Positions 21,691-31,607 of a DNA stretch of 64,000 nt are shown one piece after another. The DNA is taken from contig CALSMJ010000001.1 in assembly GCA_943787425.1 (NCBI GenBank), positions 793,271 through 857,270 of the forward strand, written 5' to 3'. The position numbers and the translations under genes are program-made. The notes under the pieces are model-generated. The model ran no database searches. It had not been told where the DNA came from and saw nothing but the letters and a program-made list of their open reading frames with translations. This DNA comes from an uncultured Pseudomonadales bacterium. GTDB lineage: Bacteria > Pseudomonadota > Gammaproteobacteria > Pseudomonadales > Azotimanducaceae. How positions within the stretch are numbered: position 1 is the first letter of the stretch; each line of letters opens with the position of its first letter.

Positions 21691-23832
21691 ATGGATCAGC
21701 CCGAAACAAAAAGAACCTTTTGCCGAGTTTGCGAACCCAGCTGCGGACTCATCGCAACCCTTGAAAACGGGGCAATAAAATCAATCAGCCCAGACAAGGA
21801 ACATCCCGTCACCAAGGGTTTTGCCTGCCACAAGGGTTTGGCGGTTCTGGACATTCATCAAGACCCCGACCGTCTGCGCTGGCCATTACGGAAAAATGGG
21901 GCTGCCTTCGAACGGATTTCCTGGGAGACAGCGGCAACAACGGTCGGTGAGCGGCTACGCGGCCTGCAGGCGCGCTATGGCAACAACGCGCTTGGGGTCT
22001 ACTCAGGCAATCCATTGGCCTTTAACTCAACGGCGGGCCCTGCGATCAGCTCCTTTGTCAGCGCGATCGGCAGCCGACGAAACTTCAGCTCCGGTACCCA
22101 GGATTGCGCCAATAAGTTTGCCGCCTCGGAAGCGGTGTTTGGCTCCAGCACCATCCATCCTGTTCCGGATATTCAAGAGACCGACTTAATGCTCATATTG
22201 GGCGCCAACCCACGCGTCTCGCACATGAGTTTTGTCTCCATCGCAGATCCGATCGCCGAACTCAGGGCAGCAAAAAAACGCGGGGCGCGACTTATTTTCG
22301 TAGATCCCAGGCAAAATGAATCGGTCACTGGCTTAGGCGAACTCCTTCAGGTCAAACCCGACTCGGATGTCTATTTGCTCAGCGCGATGCTCGCCCACTG
22401 TTTTCAGGAGGGCTTAATTGATCAGGCCGTGACCCGAGCCCACGGCGAAAACATCGGCGCGCTCGAGGCCTTCGTTGCACGCTACCCCGCCGAACGCGTG
22501 GCAGCGGTGGTGGGCCTGACCGCGGAAGAGATTCGAACTCTGGCATCCGATTTTGCGGCGGCCGATAAAGCGGCCGTTTATATGTCGACGGGGGTCAACA
22601 TGGGCCGGCAAGGCGCCGTCGCCTATTGGCTGATGTATATGTTGAGCTTGGTCACAGGCAATCTCGGTCGCGTTGGGGGCAATCGCTATGCCAATGGGTT
22701 TTACCCCGCAGCCAAAGCCGGCGCGACCCGCGGGCAACCGCCGCGTTACCAAGACTCTCACTTTGGCAAGCTCCGAACGGTGCGAGGATCCTTACCCGGG
22801 AATCTGATGGCTGACATGATTTTGGACGATCCCGATCCCATCCGAGGCCTGATCGTCATTTCGGGTAATCCGCTGCTATCCATTGGCAATAGTGCGCGCA
22901 TGCAAGCAGCGCTCGAGCAACTCGAGTTCCTCGTCGTTATTGATATCTACCCCAGCGCGACCAGCGACTTTGCCGACATCACCCTGCCAGCGACCGATAT
23001 GTTTGAACGGGCGGATATCAATCTTGCCGGGCTCGGTCTACAGCACAAACCTTTTGTACAGTTTACCGAGGCACTCGTTGCGCCGGGCTTTGAGCGCAAG
23101 CCGGAGTGGGAAATCATGGCGCGCCTAGAGCAGGCTTATCTGAACGAGCCAGAAACGGATACCGCATTACCGAATCCGTTTGCCCGGATAGACCATATGC
23201 TGGGTGCCTCGGACACCAGCATCAGTGCGCTATCAGCTGCTTTAATCCCGGTAAAAGTGCTTGAGACTGCGGCGCCAGAGAGCCTCTTTGAATCCGTGAT
23301 TCAAACCGATACGGGCCTCGTGGATTGTTGCCCTGACACGATGGCGGCGGCGCGGGATCGATGCGACGCAATTTTCAAAAGCTTAAGCACTGAATCCAGC
23401 GGTCAACTAAAGCTTATTAGCCGTCGGACGAACTACATGCTCAACAGTTGGTTTCATAACGTCGAGCGATTGAAACGGCCTAAGCATTTGGACAACCCGT
23501 TATACATTCATCCCAGCGACGCAGAGTCTCGGCAACTCGAGGATGGCAGCACCGTTAGATTGTTCAACGAATTTGGCGCCCTCACCACCCGCATAGCGTT
23601 TGATGAAACCCTTAGGCCGGGCGTTGTTGCCATGACCCATGGCTGGGGCAATCAGGGTCACCGGATGAAAACGGCCGCAAAACATGCCGGAACCAACGCC
23701 AACGTTCTCCTACCTTCTGGGCCGGACAGTTTTGAACCCTTTAGCAATCAGTCTTTTATGACGGGTATCGCGGTCGACTTACAGGCTGCGCAACCACTCG
23801 CCGCGGGCGTTGCACAAGGGAGTACGCACTAG
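21691..23832 (+). CDS. Molybdopterin-dependent oxidoreductase (DMSO reductase / formate dehydrogenase superfamily)
   Basis: N-terminal Fe-S cysteine cluster CRVCEPSCG...C, ~710 aa, and the typical C-terminal molybdopterin dinucleotide-binding region (VRLFNEFGALTTRIAFDETLRPGVVAMTHGWG). Confidence 0.85.
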   Translation: MDQPETKRTFCRVCEPSCGLIATLENGAIKSISPDKEHPVTKGFACHKGLAVLDIHQDPDRLRWPLRKNGAAFERISWETAATTVGERLRGLQARYGNNALGVYSGNPLAFNSTAGPAISSFVSAIGSRRNFSSGTQDCANKFAASEAVFGSSTIHPVPDIQETDLMLILGANPRVSHMSFVSIADPIAELRAAKKRGARLIFVDPRQNESVTGLGELLQVKPDSDVYLLSAMLAHCFQEGLIDQAVTRAHGENIGALEAFVARYPAERVAAVVGLTAEEIRTLASDFAAADKAAVYMSTGVNMGRQGAVAYWLMYMLSLVTGNLGRVGGNRYANGFYPAAKAGATRGQPPRYQDSHFGKLRTVRGSLPGNLMADMILDDPDPIRGLIVISGNPLLSIGNSARMQAALEQLEFLVVIDIYPSATSDFADITLPATDMFERADINLAGLGLQHKPFVQFTEALVAPGFERKPEWEIMARLEQAYLNEPETDTALPNPFARIDHMLGASDTSISALSAALIPVKVLETAAPESLFESVIQTDTGLVDCCPDTMAAARDRCDAIFKSLSTESSGQLKLISRRTNYMLNSWFHNVERLKRPKHLDNPLYIHPSDAESRQLEDGSTVRLFNEFGALTTRIAFDETLRPGVVAMTHGWGNQGHRMKTAAKHAGTNANVLLPSGPDSFEPFSNQSFMTGIAVDLQAAQPLAAGVAQGSTH

Positions 23833-24078
23833 ATGGCGGCTTGCTGGTCTAGGGCCCAACACTGCCGCCACCACAGTGTGGGACATCAAGATCGATCGAT
23901 TGGCGCTCAAGGCCATGACAACCGTCGCCGCTGCCAGCAGGTGCAGAATCACCCGCTAGGGTCAATTCCGCCACAATAGAAAATCGCCGTGACTTCGATC
24001 AATGACTACGACTTCAAAGGCAATAATTTTCAGCGAGAAGGTGGCGGTTCTGTCTTTTTATGGTATAACAGCGCGCTT

Positions 24079-24504
24079 ATGAAACACCGATCCTTCAGCA
24101 CTGCAATGCCCCACCTTGACCGACTTGGCGTCTTTCTCTCGGCAACCTGCCTGTTGCATTGCCTGGCACTGCCCGTGCTGCTCACCATTGCACCCATTAC
24201 CCAAACCGGGCTCTTAGATGAGCAAACCTTTCACCTGGTCTTACTGTGGTTCATTCTACCGGTGAGCCTCATTGCGCTTGGCATTGGTTGTCGTCAGCAC
24301 AAAGACCTTCTGATCCTGCTGCTGGGCGGCATCGGACTCAGCCTTTTATTGTTTGCCGGTCTGGTTGGGCATGCCGTTTTATCGCCCGCCGCCGAGCGCG
24401 TCATCACCATTGCTGCCGGGCTTATTTTGGCCGCAGCGCACTTACGTAACTTTAAAATTTGTCGCGCCATGAATTGCGATCATGAGGATTCAGCCCACCA
24501 CTAA
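24079..24504 (+). CDS. MerC-family membrane protein
   Basis: Four TM helices with the Cys-containing first helix LSATCLLHCLALPVL typical of the MerC domain. ATG at 24079 is preferred to 23989. Confidence 0.6.
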   Translation: MKHRSFSTAMPHLDRLGVFLSATCLLHCLALPVLLTIAPITQTGLLDEQTFHLVLLWFILPVSLIALGIGCRQHKDLLILLLGGIGLSLLLFAGLVGHAVLSPAAERVITIAAGLILAAAHLRNFKICRAMNCDHEDSAHH

Positions 24505-25138
24505 GGCTGTGCATCAAATGGATCATCAGTGACACGGTTGGGCCACCAACCTGAATATGCGCCCACCTAAAATTGAAATTGGCGCGCCCACCACCACGAT
24601 GCACCAAGTGATAATTCGTTTTGTTCTGCAACTCGGTCACAGGCACCATAACGATCTCCGCAACCTCGGCAGGATCCGCCCTAAAAGATAAGTCAGCGTC
24701 TGCCGTGAACACATGGGGCTCGATCAGATAGCCAGCGTGCGTGAAATACCTGCCAAGACATCCAACGAAGGTTAGCGCGCTGGGCAGCACATTGATCTCT
24801 TCAAAGGTTTCTCGAAGCGCGGTTTGTTGCAAGCCCGCATCTTCAGGGGCTTCTCGCCCGCCCGGAAAACAAAATTGTCCGCCAAAGCGGATTTTTGCAC
24901 TGCGCTTCGTCAGCAAAATGGCGGGTTCTGCTCGATTCACTATGACAATCGCAACCGATGAACGCCCGGACCGGGCTTTGAGGTCACTCGAAACGGCCGG
25001 TTCGAAATGCGGATTCACGAGCTCGTCGTCCGCTTGCCCCTTGCTCAGGGCCTGCACCATCGCGGCGCCAGTTAGTGGGGCTTCTGACCAGCTCAATCGT
25101 TGCGCGAAGGCCTCGCTCGCTTCATCGATTTCACCCAT
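24452..25138 (-). CDS. Nudix hydrolase, CoA pyrophosphatase-like
   Basis: Nudix box FPGGREAPEDAGLQQTALRETFEEINV preceded by LLTKRS, as in the NudL/CoA pyrophosphatase subgroup. Confidence 0.7.
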   Translation of the reverse strand: MGEIDEASEAFAQRLSWSEAPLTGAAMVQALSKGQADDELVNPHFEPAVSSDLKARSGRSSVAIVIVNRAEPAILLTKRSAKIRFGGQFCFPGGREAPEDAGLQQTALRETFEEINVLPSALTFVGCLGRYFTHAGYLIEPHVFTADADLSFRADPAEVAEIVMVPVTELQNKTNYHLVHRGGGRANFNFRWAHIQVGGPTVSLMIHLMHSLSGGLNPHDRNSWRDKF

Positions 25139-25162
25139 CGGCAGGCCCGCTGTTTCGGATCA

Positions 25163-26044
25163 TCAAATTTTCAGGTGCGCTTTGAGCGCCCGGTAACCCA
25201 CCAAATGGATCCCCAGACCCTCGGCAAAATCACGCAAGGATCGGTCGGAGAAGGCCTCGTAGTCAGCATGGCGAGAGGCATGGGTATGGGCTATCGCTTC
25301 GAGTTCCGGGCCTGCTACCGCTGGATGGAACAATAAGTGCGTGAGTCCCGGTCGAATGCCGGCAATCAGATCGCGATAAAAATCATGCTTTGAGGTCTTT
25401 GGCACCAGTGTTTCGATGATGATGTCATCAAGGGTCGGCACTTGATCGGCATCAACCATCGCCAAAACGTCCAGATACGCATCGGCCATATCCCCTTCGC
25501 CCAAAGTCTGCAGTCGATCGCGGGTTATTCTGGGCAAAAAGGCGGGCACACCGTATTCGTGCGCCAGGCGCAGATAACTGCCTAAAAACTTTGGATGCAC
25601 CACAGACCCCATATGGGTATCGATATGTGTGACGTCGATTCCTGCCGCCAGCGCGCCCTCAATTTGGGCCCGCATCTCACCTTCTGCGGCGGCAACGGTT
25701 ACGTGACGCACTGCATCCTCTCGGGTCGCCCACAAATAGCCCTCAGCATCGAGCAAGCCCGTTTCTGGATCACGACTGCTGAGCGCAGGCCAGCGATAAG
25801 TTGGATACTCCGCTGTAAGCGTTAGATGCACGCCCAAATCCAGCTGTGGATTGGCTTTCGCCATCTGAACGGCTTCCTGAAACCAAGGCCCGTTCACCAA
25901 AATCGACGCGCAGGTGGCGGACCCTTTGGTTAGGCACGCAAGACTTGCCGCATTGGCGGCGTGACAAAATCCCATATCATCGATATGCAGAATTAACACG
26001 CGGTCTTCCGGGCCATAGCCCATGCGCGCAAGAAACGGGTTCAT
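25163..26044 (-). CDS. ChbG/YdjC-family carbohydrate deacetylase
   Basis: The N-terminal LILHIDDMGFCHAAN and later HIDTHMG resemble the YdjC family. ATG at 26044 sits 1 nt after the thiolase stop. Confidence 0.7.
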   Translation of the reverse strand: MNPFLARMGYGPEDRVLILHIDDMGFCHAANAASLACLTKGSATCASILVNGPWFQEAVQMAKANPQLDLGVHLTLTAEYPTYRWPALSSRDPETGLLDAEGYLWATREDAVRHVTVAAAEGEMRAQIEGALAAGIDVTHIDTHMGSVVHPKFLGSYLRLAHEYGVPAFLPRITRDRLQTLGEGDMADAYLDVLAMVDADQVPTLDDIIIETLVPKTSKHDFYRDLIAGIRPGLTHLLFHPAVAGPELEAIAHTHASRHADYEAFSDRSLRDFAEGLGIHLVGYRALKAHLKI

Positions 26045-26045
26045 C

Positions 26046-27521
26046 TTAGACAAACCTCGCCGCGCCCGAGCCATCCACCATCACGGCCCGACCACAAGCT
26101 TCGGATTCGGTCATCGCGTCCCATGCTGCTGGATCTTCGACATTGGCCCAAACCCGTTCACCTGCTGGTGTTAAGCACACGAGATGTCCCATTTTGGGCC
26201 CCTCTGCGCCATACATCACGGTATAGGACTCAACCGTTGCGGGCCCGTCGTAGGTATCCAGGACCCTGCGGGTCGGCTCGGCATCTACCGCGTCCTGCAC
26301 GTCTTCAAACTGAAAGTCTCGAGCTGGGGCCGTTGCGCTGTAGACCCCAAAGGCATGCTTGGTGAGGTAACCGCCGTTGGCCGTTATCAAGCCGATTTCG
26401 CTCGGATGCAACCGACTGAGCTCGACCATCTTCGCAATACTGTGCATGACATAGTTATTTAAAGGCCCGCCACCGAAGGTCAAACCACCGGTAATGGTCA
26501 GCGGTTTGGTGTCATCGAGCCCCAACTCGGCAACAGCCACCTGTACGGCGGATGGAAAGCAGCTGTACACATCAACCCGGTCCAGTTGCGCAACCGTCAC
26601 GCCTGCCAGCGCCAGGGCTTTGTTGCCCGCGTGCCGGATGGCTGGAGACGAATGTAGGTTCAATCGATTCGAAACCGCATAGGTGTCATGGGCATTTGCA
26701 CCCGACCAGGGATAGACCCACTGGCTTTGGGGAATACCCAACGCCTGCGCTTTTTCAACGCTGGTCATCAGCAACGCTGCGCCCATATCCACTGCGCTGT
26801 TCGAGTTCATCAGTTTTGGGTACGGGAAGCTCACCATACGATTGCTGGCGGACGCGGTTTTAATCTCCTCCGGGGAAACCTGTTTTTGGATCCAAGCGGT
26901 GGGGTTCTGTGCCGCAACCGCACTGAAACCGCTCCAAAGCGCGGCAATTCGATCACGATGATCGGCAATGGACTCCCCCCGCGCGTACCGGATGGCATTT
27001 TCAAACATCGGGTACATCTGTATGGGCTGCGCCACACCGCGCGCCTTCTCTGCTTCACAAGACATCGGCACTTCTTCACCGAGCATTTTGTCGTAAGGGC
27101 CTTCTGTTTCGCGGTAGGTCATCGTCCGACCCAGCTTTGCAAGCTTGGCTTGGGTGTTGCCAACCTCAGCCCCGACGATCAGCGCCACCTTGATATCGCC
27201 GGCTAAAATATCCAACGCGGTTTGACTGACCAATGCCTGCACCGAGTTACCGCCAAAGGGTGTGCCAACCAGTTCCGGCTTATCAAGGCCTAGGGCCTTG
27301 GCAAGATACCCCGCCGGCTGCTTATAACGCCAAATGCCGCGAACCACTCGAACGCTATCGATGGCGGACAAAACATCGGCGGACTGACTGTCAACCGCGG
27401 CCGCTTTCGCCGCCGTGAGCATCAAATCAATGGGTTCTCTAATGGCATCAGGGTCAAAACCGCGTTCTAAGATCTGACTCACACCAACCAAAACAGGAGT
27501 AAGGGGATTCATACAGCACAC
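26046..27521 (-). CDS. Thiolase-like protein (SCP-x/acetyl-CoA acetyltransferase family)
   Basis: ~490 aa with thiolase-fold patterns (GTPFGGNSVQALV, VYSCFPSAVQVA, TITGGLTFGGGPLNNY). Confidence 0.7.
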   Translation of the reverse strand: MCCMNPLTPVLVGVSQILERGFDPDAIREPIDLMLTAAKAAAVDSQSADVLSAIDSVRVVRGIWRYKQPAGYLAKALGLDKPELVGTPFGGNSVQALVSQTALDILAGDIKVALIVGAEVGNTQAKLAKLGRTMTYRETEGPYDKMLGEEVPMSCEAEKARGVAQPIQMYPMFENAIRYARGESIADHRDRIAALWSGFSAVAAQNPTAWIQKQVSPEEIKTASASNRMVSFPYPKLMNSNSAVDMGAALLMTSVEKAQALGIPQSQWVYPWSGANAHDTYAVSNRLNLHSSPAIRHAGNKALALAGVTVAQLDRVDVYSCFPSAVQVAVAELGLDDTKPLTITGGLTFGGGPLNNYVMHSIAKMVELSRLHPSEIGLITANGGYLTKHAFGVYSATAPARDFQFEDVQDAVDAEPTRRVLDTYDGPATVESYTVMYGAEGPKMGHLVCLTPAGERVWANVEDPAAWDAMTESEACGRAVMVDGSGAARFV

Positions 27522-27616
27522 TCATTATCAACAAGCCGACATTCTGCCACAGCCTGCGGTGGTTTTCATGACACCCTCGCGTTAGAGTAACGCTCAACCC
27601 TTGGCATGAGCGTTCT

Positions 27617-28531
27617 GTGAAACTTGCTGTTACCGCCTGGGATCTCAGCAATGTTGAGGCCCTACAACGGATTCCCGACCAAGCGGCAAAAGCCGAAGCC
27701 ATGGGCTTTGAAGGCTTTTGGTTGCCCGAAAATCATTTTGCAGGCCCCGCTGCGCTGAGCGCGCCGCTGATTTTATTGGCGGCCGCGGCGGCTCGGACCC
27801 ATACCATTGACCTTGGCACCACGTCGCTTGTTTTGCCGATCCGGCATCCGGTGAGTGTCGCTGAAGAAGTCGCGATGCTGGACCAAATCGCCCAAGGCCG
27901 ACTGATTCTGGGCCTCGGACGCGGGTTCAGCGAAGATTTGTTCGAGGTCTTCGGGGTGGATCCTCGCCAAAAACGCGCCTTGTTTAAACAGTCCTTAAGC
28001 CAAATGCTGTCAATTTGGTCTGGGGAGGCGATTCATCACAAGGATGATCGCGCGCTATACCTTTCCCCAAGGCCTTATCAAAGTCCGCATCCCAGGCTTT
28101 GGATCGCAGCCTTCGGGCCCCTGGCGCTGAAGCAAGCCGCGGCATTTGGCTGCCCTTACCTCGCCTCGCCCATGGAAACCTTTGCTGAGCTGACCCAAAA
28201 CCTTGCACAGTATCGAGCCGCTCTTGAAGCCGCAGATCAAGTGCAGCCCGCAGTCGTGCCCGTTATGCGAACGATCTTTATTACCGAAGACACCGCATTG
28301 GCGACGGCAGTGAGCGAACAATTAAGGCAAGAAAGCCGTCGCGCGGCCTCCCAAGATCAGCCCGATCAGCCCGCCTTCATTGTTGGCCCTGCAACCTTTG
28401 TTGAAGAGACGCTGGCGCGCTATTCAGAGGACTTAGGGGTTAACTATTTGATCGCCCGAGGCCGGATCAAAGGCATTACCGAGGCGCAACAGCTCGCCTC
28501 CCACGCGCAGCTGATCACCCTTTATCGCTAA
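27617..28531 (+). CDS. LLM-class (luciferase-like) flavin-dependent oxidoreductase
   Basis: GTG start. AEAMGFEGFWLPENHF and LGLGRG are typical luciferase-like monooxygenase segments. Confidence 0.75.
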   Translation: MKLAVTAWDLSNVEALQRIPDQAAKAEAMGFEGFWLPENHFAGPAALSAPLILLAAAAARTHTIDLGTTSLVLPIRHPVSVAEEVAMLDQIAQGRLILGLGRGFSEDLFEVFGVDPRQKRALFKQSLSQMLSIWSGEAIHHKDDRALYLSPRPYQSPHPRLWIAAFGPLALKQAAAFGCPYLASPMETFAELTQNLAQYRAALEAADQVQPAVVPVMRTIFITEDTALATAVSEQLRQESRRAASQDQPDQPAFIVGPATFVEETLARYSEDLGVNYLIARGRIKGITEAQQLASHAQLITLYR

Positions 28532-30192
28532 TCAATGATCTTGATCAGTTGCCCTGGTTCAGGCTCGCCCTGGGGGTACAAGCCATTGATGACCCGAAGT
28601 TCGTCTTCGGGATAATTCGGCAGATCGGACTGGGCGGCAAGGCTCGCCATCGTGGTGCCCGGGCTTGCTCGAACGACTTTGACTTGCAGCGGCTTCGCCG
28701 CCTCAAAGTCGGCTTTTTGCATCCGCGCGAGGCTAAAGCCGATTTTGATAAAAGCCCCATCATTCGCCAATTTTTTAAGATCAAACTTTCCGGAGCCTTG
28801 TCCGACAAAGGCAAGTCCCCGGCGTTGATCAAAGACGACGATCAACCGTATCGGCCGCTCCCCGAACACGGTTTGCGCACGACTTGCCGTTGCAATGTAG
28901 GCCGGCATCCCGCCAATGGTGAGATCACGCCCCTCGACAATCTGAAACCCGAGTCCCTCGTTCACCAGCGCCTCAGGGGTAAGGCCCTTTTTTAAACGCG
29001 CCGTACTGAGTTCGAATGCCGCATCGCCGCTTGCGGACTCAAACAGCACGCCGCTCGGCACCTGTTTTTGCCGCCAACCCTCGGGCAGCGCCAAAGTTAT
29101 GCCAAGTCGAGCGTGATAAAACCGGTTCCCTCGCAATACGCCTGTTGCACGTGTCAGCCCGTAGGGCACGCCATCAAGCTGCTCGAGAAATTCATCGCTT
29201 GCACGGTATTCATTGTTTTCAGCATTCAATGCCCGCGCCTTGTCAACGGCCCGGTCATAGCGTTCTGGGGTCGGCGGGTGCGAGGTCACAAAACTGCGAA
29301 ACAACGCATTCGAGCGCCCCTCAGCCCGAGCTTGCTTGAACTCAACCGACTCCAAGGCTTTAAACATTGCCATGACCTGCACCACGCTTTCTGGCGAATA
29401 GCCGGCTTTGGCCATAATTTCCGCGCCAAAGTTATCCGCCTCAAACTCCTGATTCTGATCGTACTGGGTAAACGCAAGATCGGTCGCCGTTCTCATCGAC
29501 CGGTTGATTTCATTGCGCGAATAACGACTACCGCCCAAAACCATAGCTGTCGCAGACCCGAGCGCCCCTTTTAAAAGCTCGCGGCGCTTCCGGCGTTTAT
29601 CGTGCCCTTTTAATACATGCATGATTTCATGGCCTAGCACCGCAGCCAATTCAGCTTCGGAATTGAGGTGCATCATAAGACCGGTGCTAATAAAGATGTT
29701 ACCGCAAGCATTGGTCGCGGCTTGAATTTGGGGCGTTTCAAGCACATCAAAGGAAAAGGTTTGCCCCTCTGGCTCGGCAACGGCCACGAGGCGCTGACCG
29801 ACGCGCCGGACATAGGCTTGCAATGCGGCATTTTGGGTCACGCCAACCGCGGTCATCGCTGCATTTGCCATCTGGCACTCTTGCTGTTTGCGAGCCTCGC
29901 TTTTCGATACGTTACCCGCTGCTGCGTCCTCGATACCCTCAGCCGCATCCGGCTCCGCACCCGCAACTGCGGCCCGGTTGGGATCCAGGCGTTGATCGCC
30001 CTGGCCCACAGCGCTTGCCGCCGAATTCGCCTCGGACTCATCAATTGTCTCTGCAGCCTCGCTTTCAGACATTAGGCGGCTCATTGGATGGGCTGTAGCT
30101 TGTCCAATTGCGCCCGACCGCAGCTGATAAGCGCTTAAGCCCGCGTCAGCAAAGAGCAAGCCCAACAATAAACTAATCATTTGTTTTGACAC
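28528..30192 (-). CDS. Secreted M48-family zinc metalloprotease with a C-terminal LysM-like segment
   Basis: Signal peptide, HExxH (LGHEIMHV) and a C-terminal ~50 aa that resembles LysM (TTMASLAAQSDLPNYPEDELRVINGL). Confidence 0.8.
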   Translation of the reverse strand: MSKQMISLLLGLLFADAGLSAYQLRSGAIGQATAHPMSRLMSESEAAETIDESEANSAASAVGQGDQRLDPNRAAVAGAEPDAAEGIEDAAAGNVSKSEARKQQECQMANAAMTAVGVTQNAALQAYVRRVGQRLVAVAEPEGQTFSFDVLETPQIQAATNACGNIFISTGLMMHLNSEAELAAVLGHEIMHVLKGHDKRRKRRELLKGALGSATAMVLGGSRYSRNEINRSMRTATDLAFTQYDQNQEFEADNFGAEIMAKAGYSPESVVQVMAMFKALESVEFKQARAEGRSNALFRSFVTSHPPTPERYDRAVDKARALNAENNEYRASDEFLEQLDGVPYGLTRATGVLRGNRFYHARLGITLALPEGWRQKQVPSGVLFESASGDAAFELSTARLKKGLTPEALVNEGLGFQIVEGRDLTIGGMPAYIATASRAQTVFGERPIRLIVVFDQRRGLAFVGQGSGKFDLKKLANDGAFIKIGFSLARMQKADFEAAKPLQVKVVRASPGTTMASLAAQSDLPNYPEDELRVINGLYPQGEPEPGQLIKIID

Positions 30193-30319
30193 ACTGGCTC
30201 CCGCTCAGACCTTGCCCTGCATTATTCAGCACCTAACCTGAAAATCAACTGAACGAATTGCGCCGCAACCCCGTTTAAACCTAGACTAAAGCAATGATTA
30301 CCAAAAGGTTCCTCGTCTT

Positions 30320-31605
30320 ATGACGCAAGTTCAATGGCTGCAGAGTCTTCAAGCGATCGTTGGCGTTTGGTTTCGTGGGGCCCTAAGCGTTGTCTTGAGC
30401 ACGGTCCTCGTAACAGCTGCCGCCTTCGCACAAGCGCCGCCCGCAAGCCTTGTTGACGCGGCACAGATACCTGTTGCAGCGGTTCAAGACCTGCAGAACA
30501 AAGCGATCGAGGCCATGGCCGATCAACGCTGGGCTGTCGCTGAAGACTTACTGCTCCAAGCGCAGCATGCGTTGCACCGTCAGCACGGCGTCGTCACCGA
30601 ACGACAAGCACCAATTTTGGATCAGTTAGCACGCACCCACATTGAACAAAAAGACTATCGACAGGCAAACCGATTCAAGGAGTTCAATTATTTCTTGGGA
30701 CAACGTAGCCCATCGATTGACGCGCAAATCCAGGCCGAGATTGCCTTAGCACGCTGGTATCTTTATTCAGGCCAGTTTGACGCGGCCAGGCGGTTATTGA
30801 GCGCATCGCTTAAAACCGAGTTAGCGCGCGAACCCTTTGTGCCAGAACGGGCGTTACTGCGCTTGGACGTGGAACTGTTTTCATCGCAATGCTGTCATAG
30901 CGATGATGCCATCGCGCTTTTGGGCCGAGCTAAAGCCCACGGCGTGTCTGCTGACCTCATCTTACTATTTGAGCAAAGGGTCGCGGATTTACTCATCCTC
31001 GATGGCAAAGCAGACCTTGCAGCCGCGTACTATGCTCAGCAACAGGCTACAACGCGCCGCACGCCCCAGCTGATTTCGGGTTTGAGACGATATACTGAGC
31101 TCGGGCCAAATAACCTGGGCGATATGAAGCTCAGGCAAGAATTACGCCGACGCAGAATTTTAGCCGGCGGTTATCCGGATGACGCCCTTTGGTCGCAAGC
31201 CCCTAAATCCTTCACCGTTACACTCGAAGAGGACTTCCTTCCGATTGCGGACGCAGTGCCATCGGAATTCGGCGGCTATGCCGATCGTTTGAGCCCGTAA
31301 TCGGCACGCCTTTCCGTTTTAACCTTGAGCAGCTCAAACAGGCGCTGCCAACCCGATATCGAGCCTTAACGCGCTTAGAGACCCTAGAAATTCAGATGAC
31401 AGTGGATGTCACAGCAGAGGGCAAAGCAATCAACGTCCGCTTTGAAGATCGTTACCCACGAAGGCTTCGAGAATTGATGAAACAAGTCCTCAAAGTGGCT
31501 CGGTTTCAGCCCGCAATGCAGGACGGTTTACCGATCGAGTCGTTGGACTTTCCTTTCGTGCAGCGCTTTAAAGCCAGTGATAGCCAAAACAAAGCGGACG
31601 TTTAA
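30320..31605 (+). pseudogene. Periplasmic helical-repeat (TPR-like) protein with a TonB-C-like C-terminal domain, split by one frameshift near 31207-31298
   Basis: Signal peptide (…VTAAAFAQA). The 326-aa ORF stops at 31300. The +2 frame is open from 31207 and continues as ...GTPFRFNLEQLKQALPTRYRALTRLETLEIQMTVDVTAEGKAINVRFED...VARFQPAMQDGLPIE, a TonB-C-like pattern that begins before the only ATG (31396). Confidence 0.45.
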
Positions 31606-31607
31606 AC

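Noticed and set aside
23850-23880. Hairpin cccaacactg-N9-cagtgtggg after the molybdopterin oxidoreductase gene, as a rho-independent terminator
   Set aside because: The stem has a bulge and is not followed by a T-run, so I do not call it.
26688-27206. 172-aa plus-strand ORF
   Set aside because: It is antisense to the thiolase-like gene and has no motif support.
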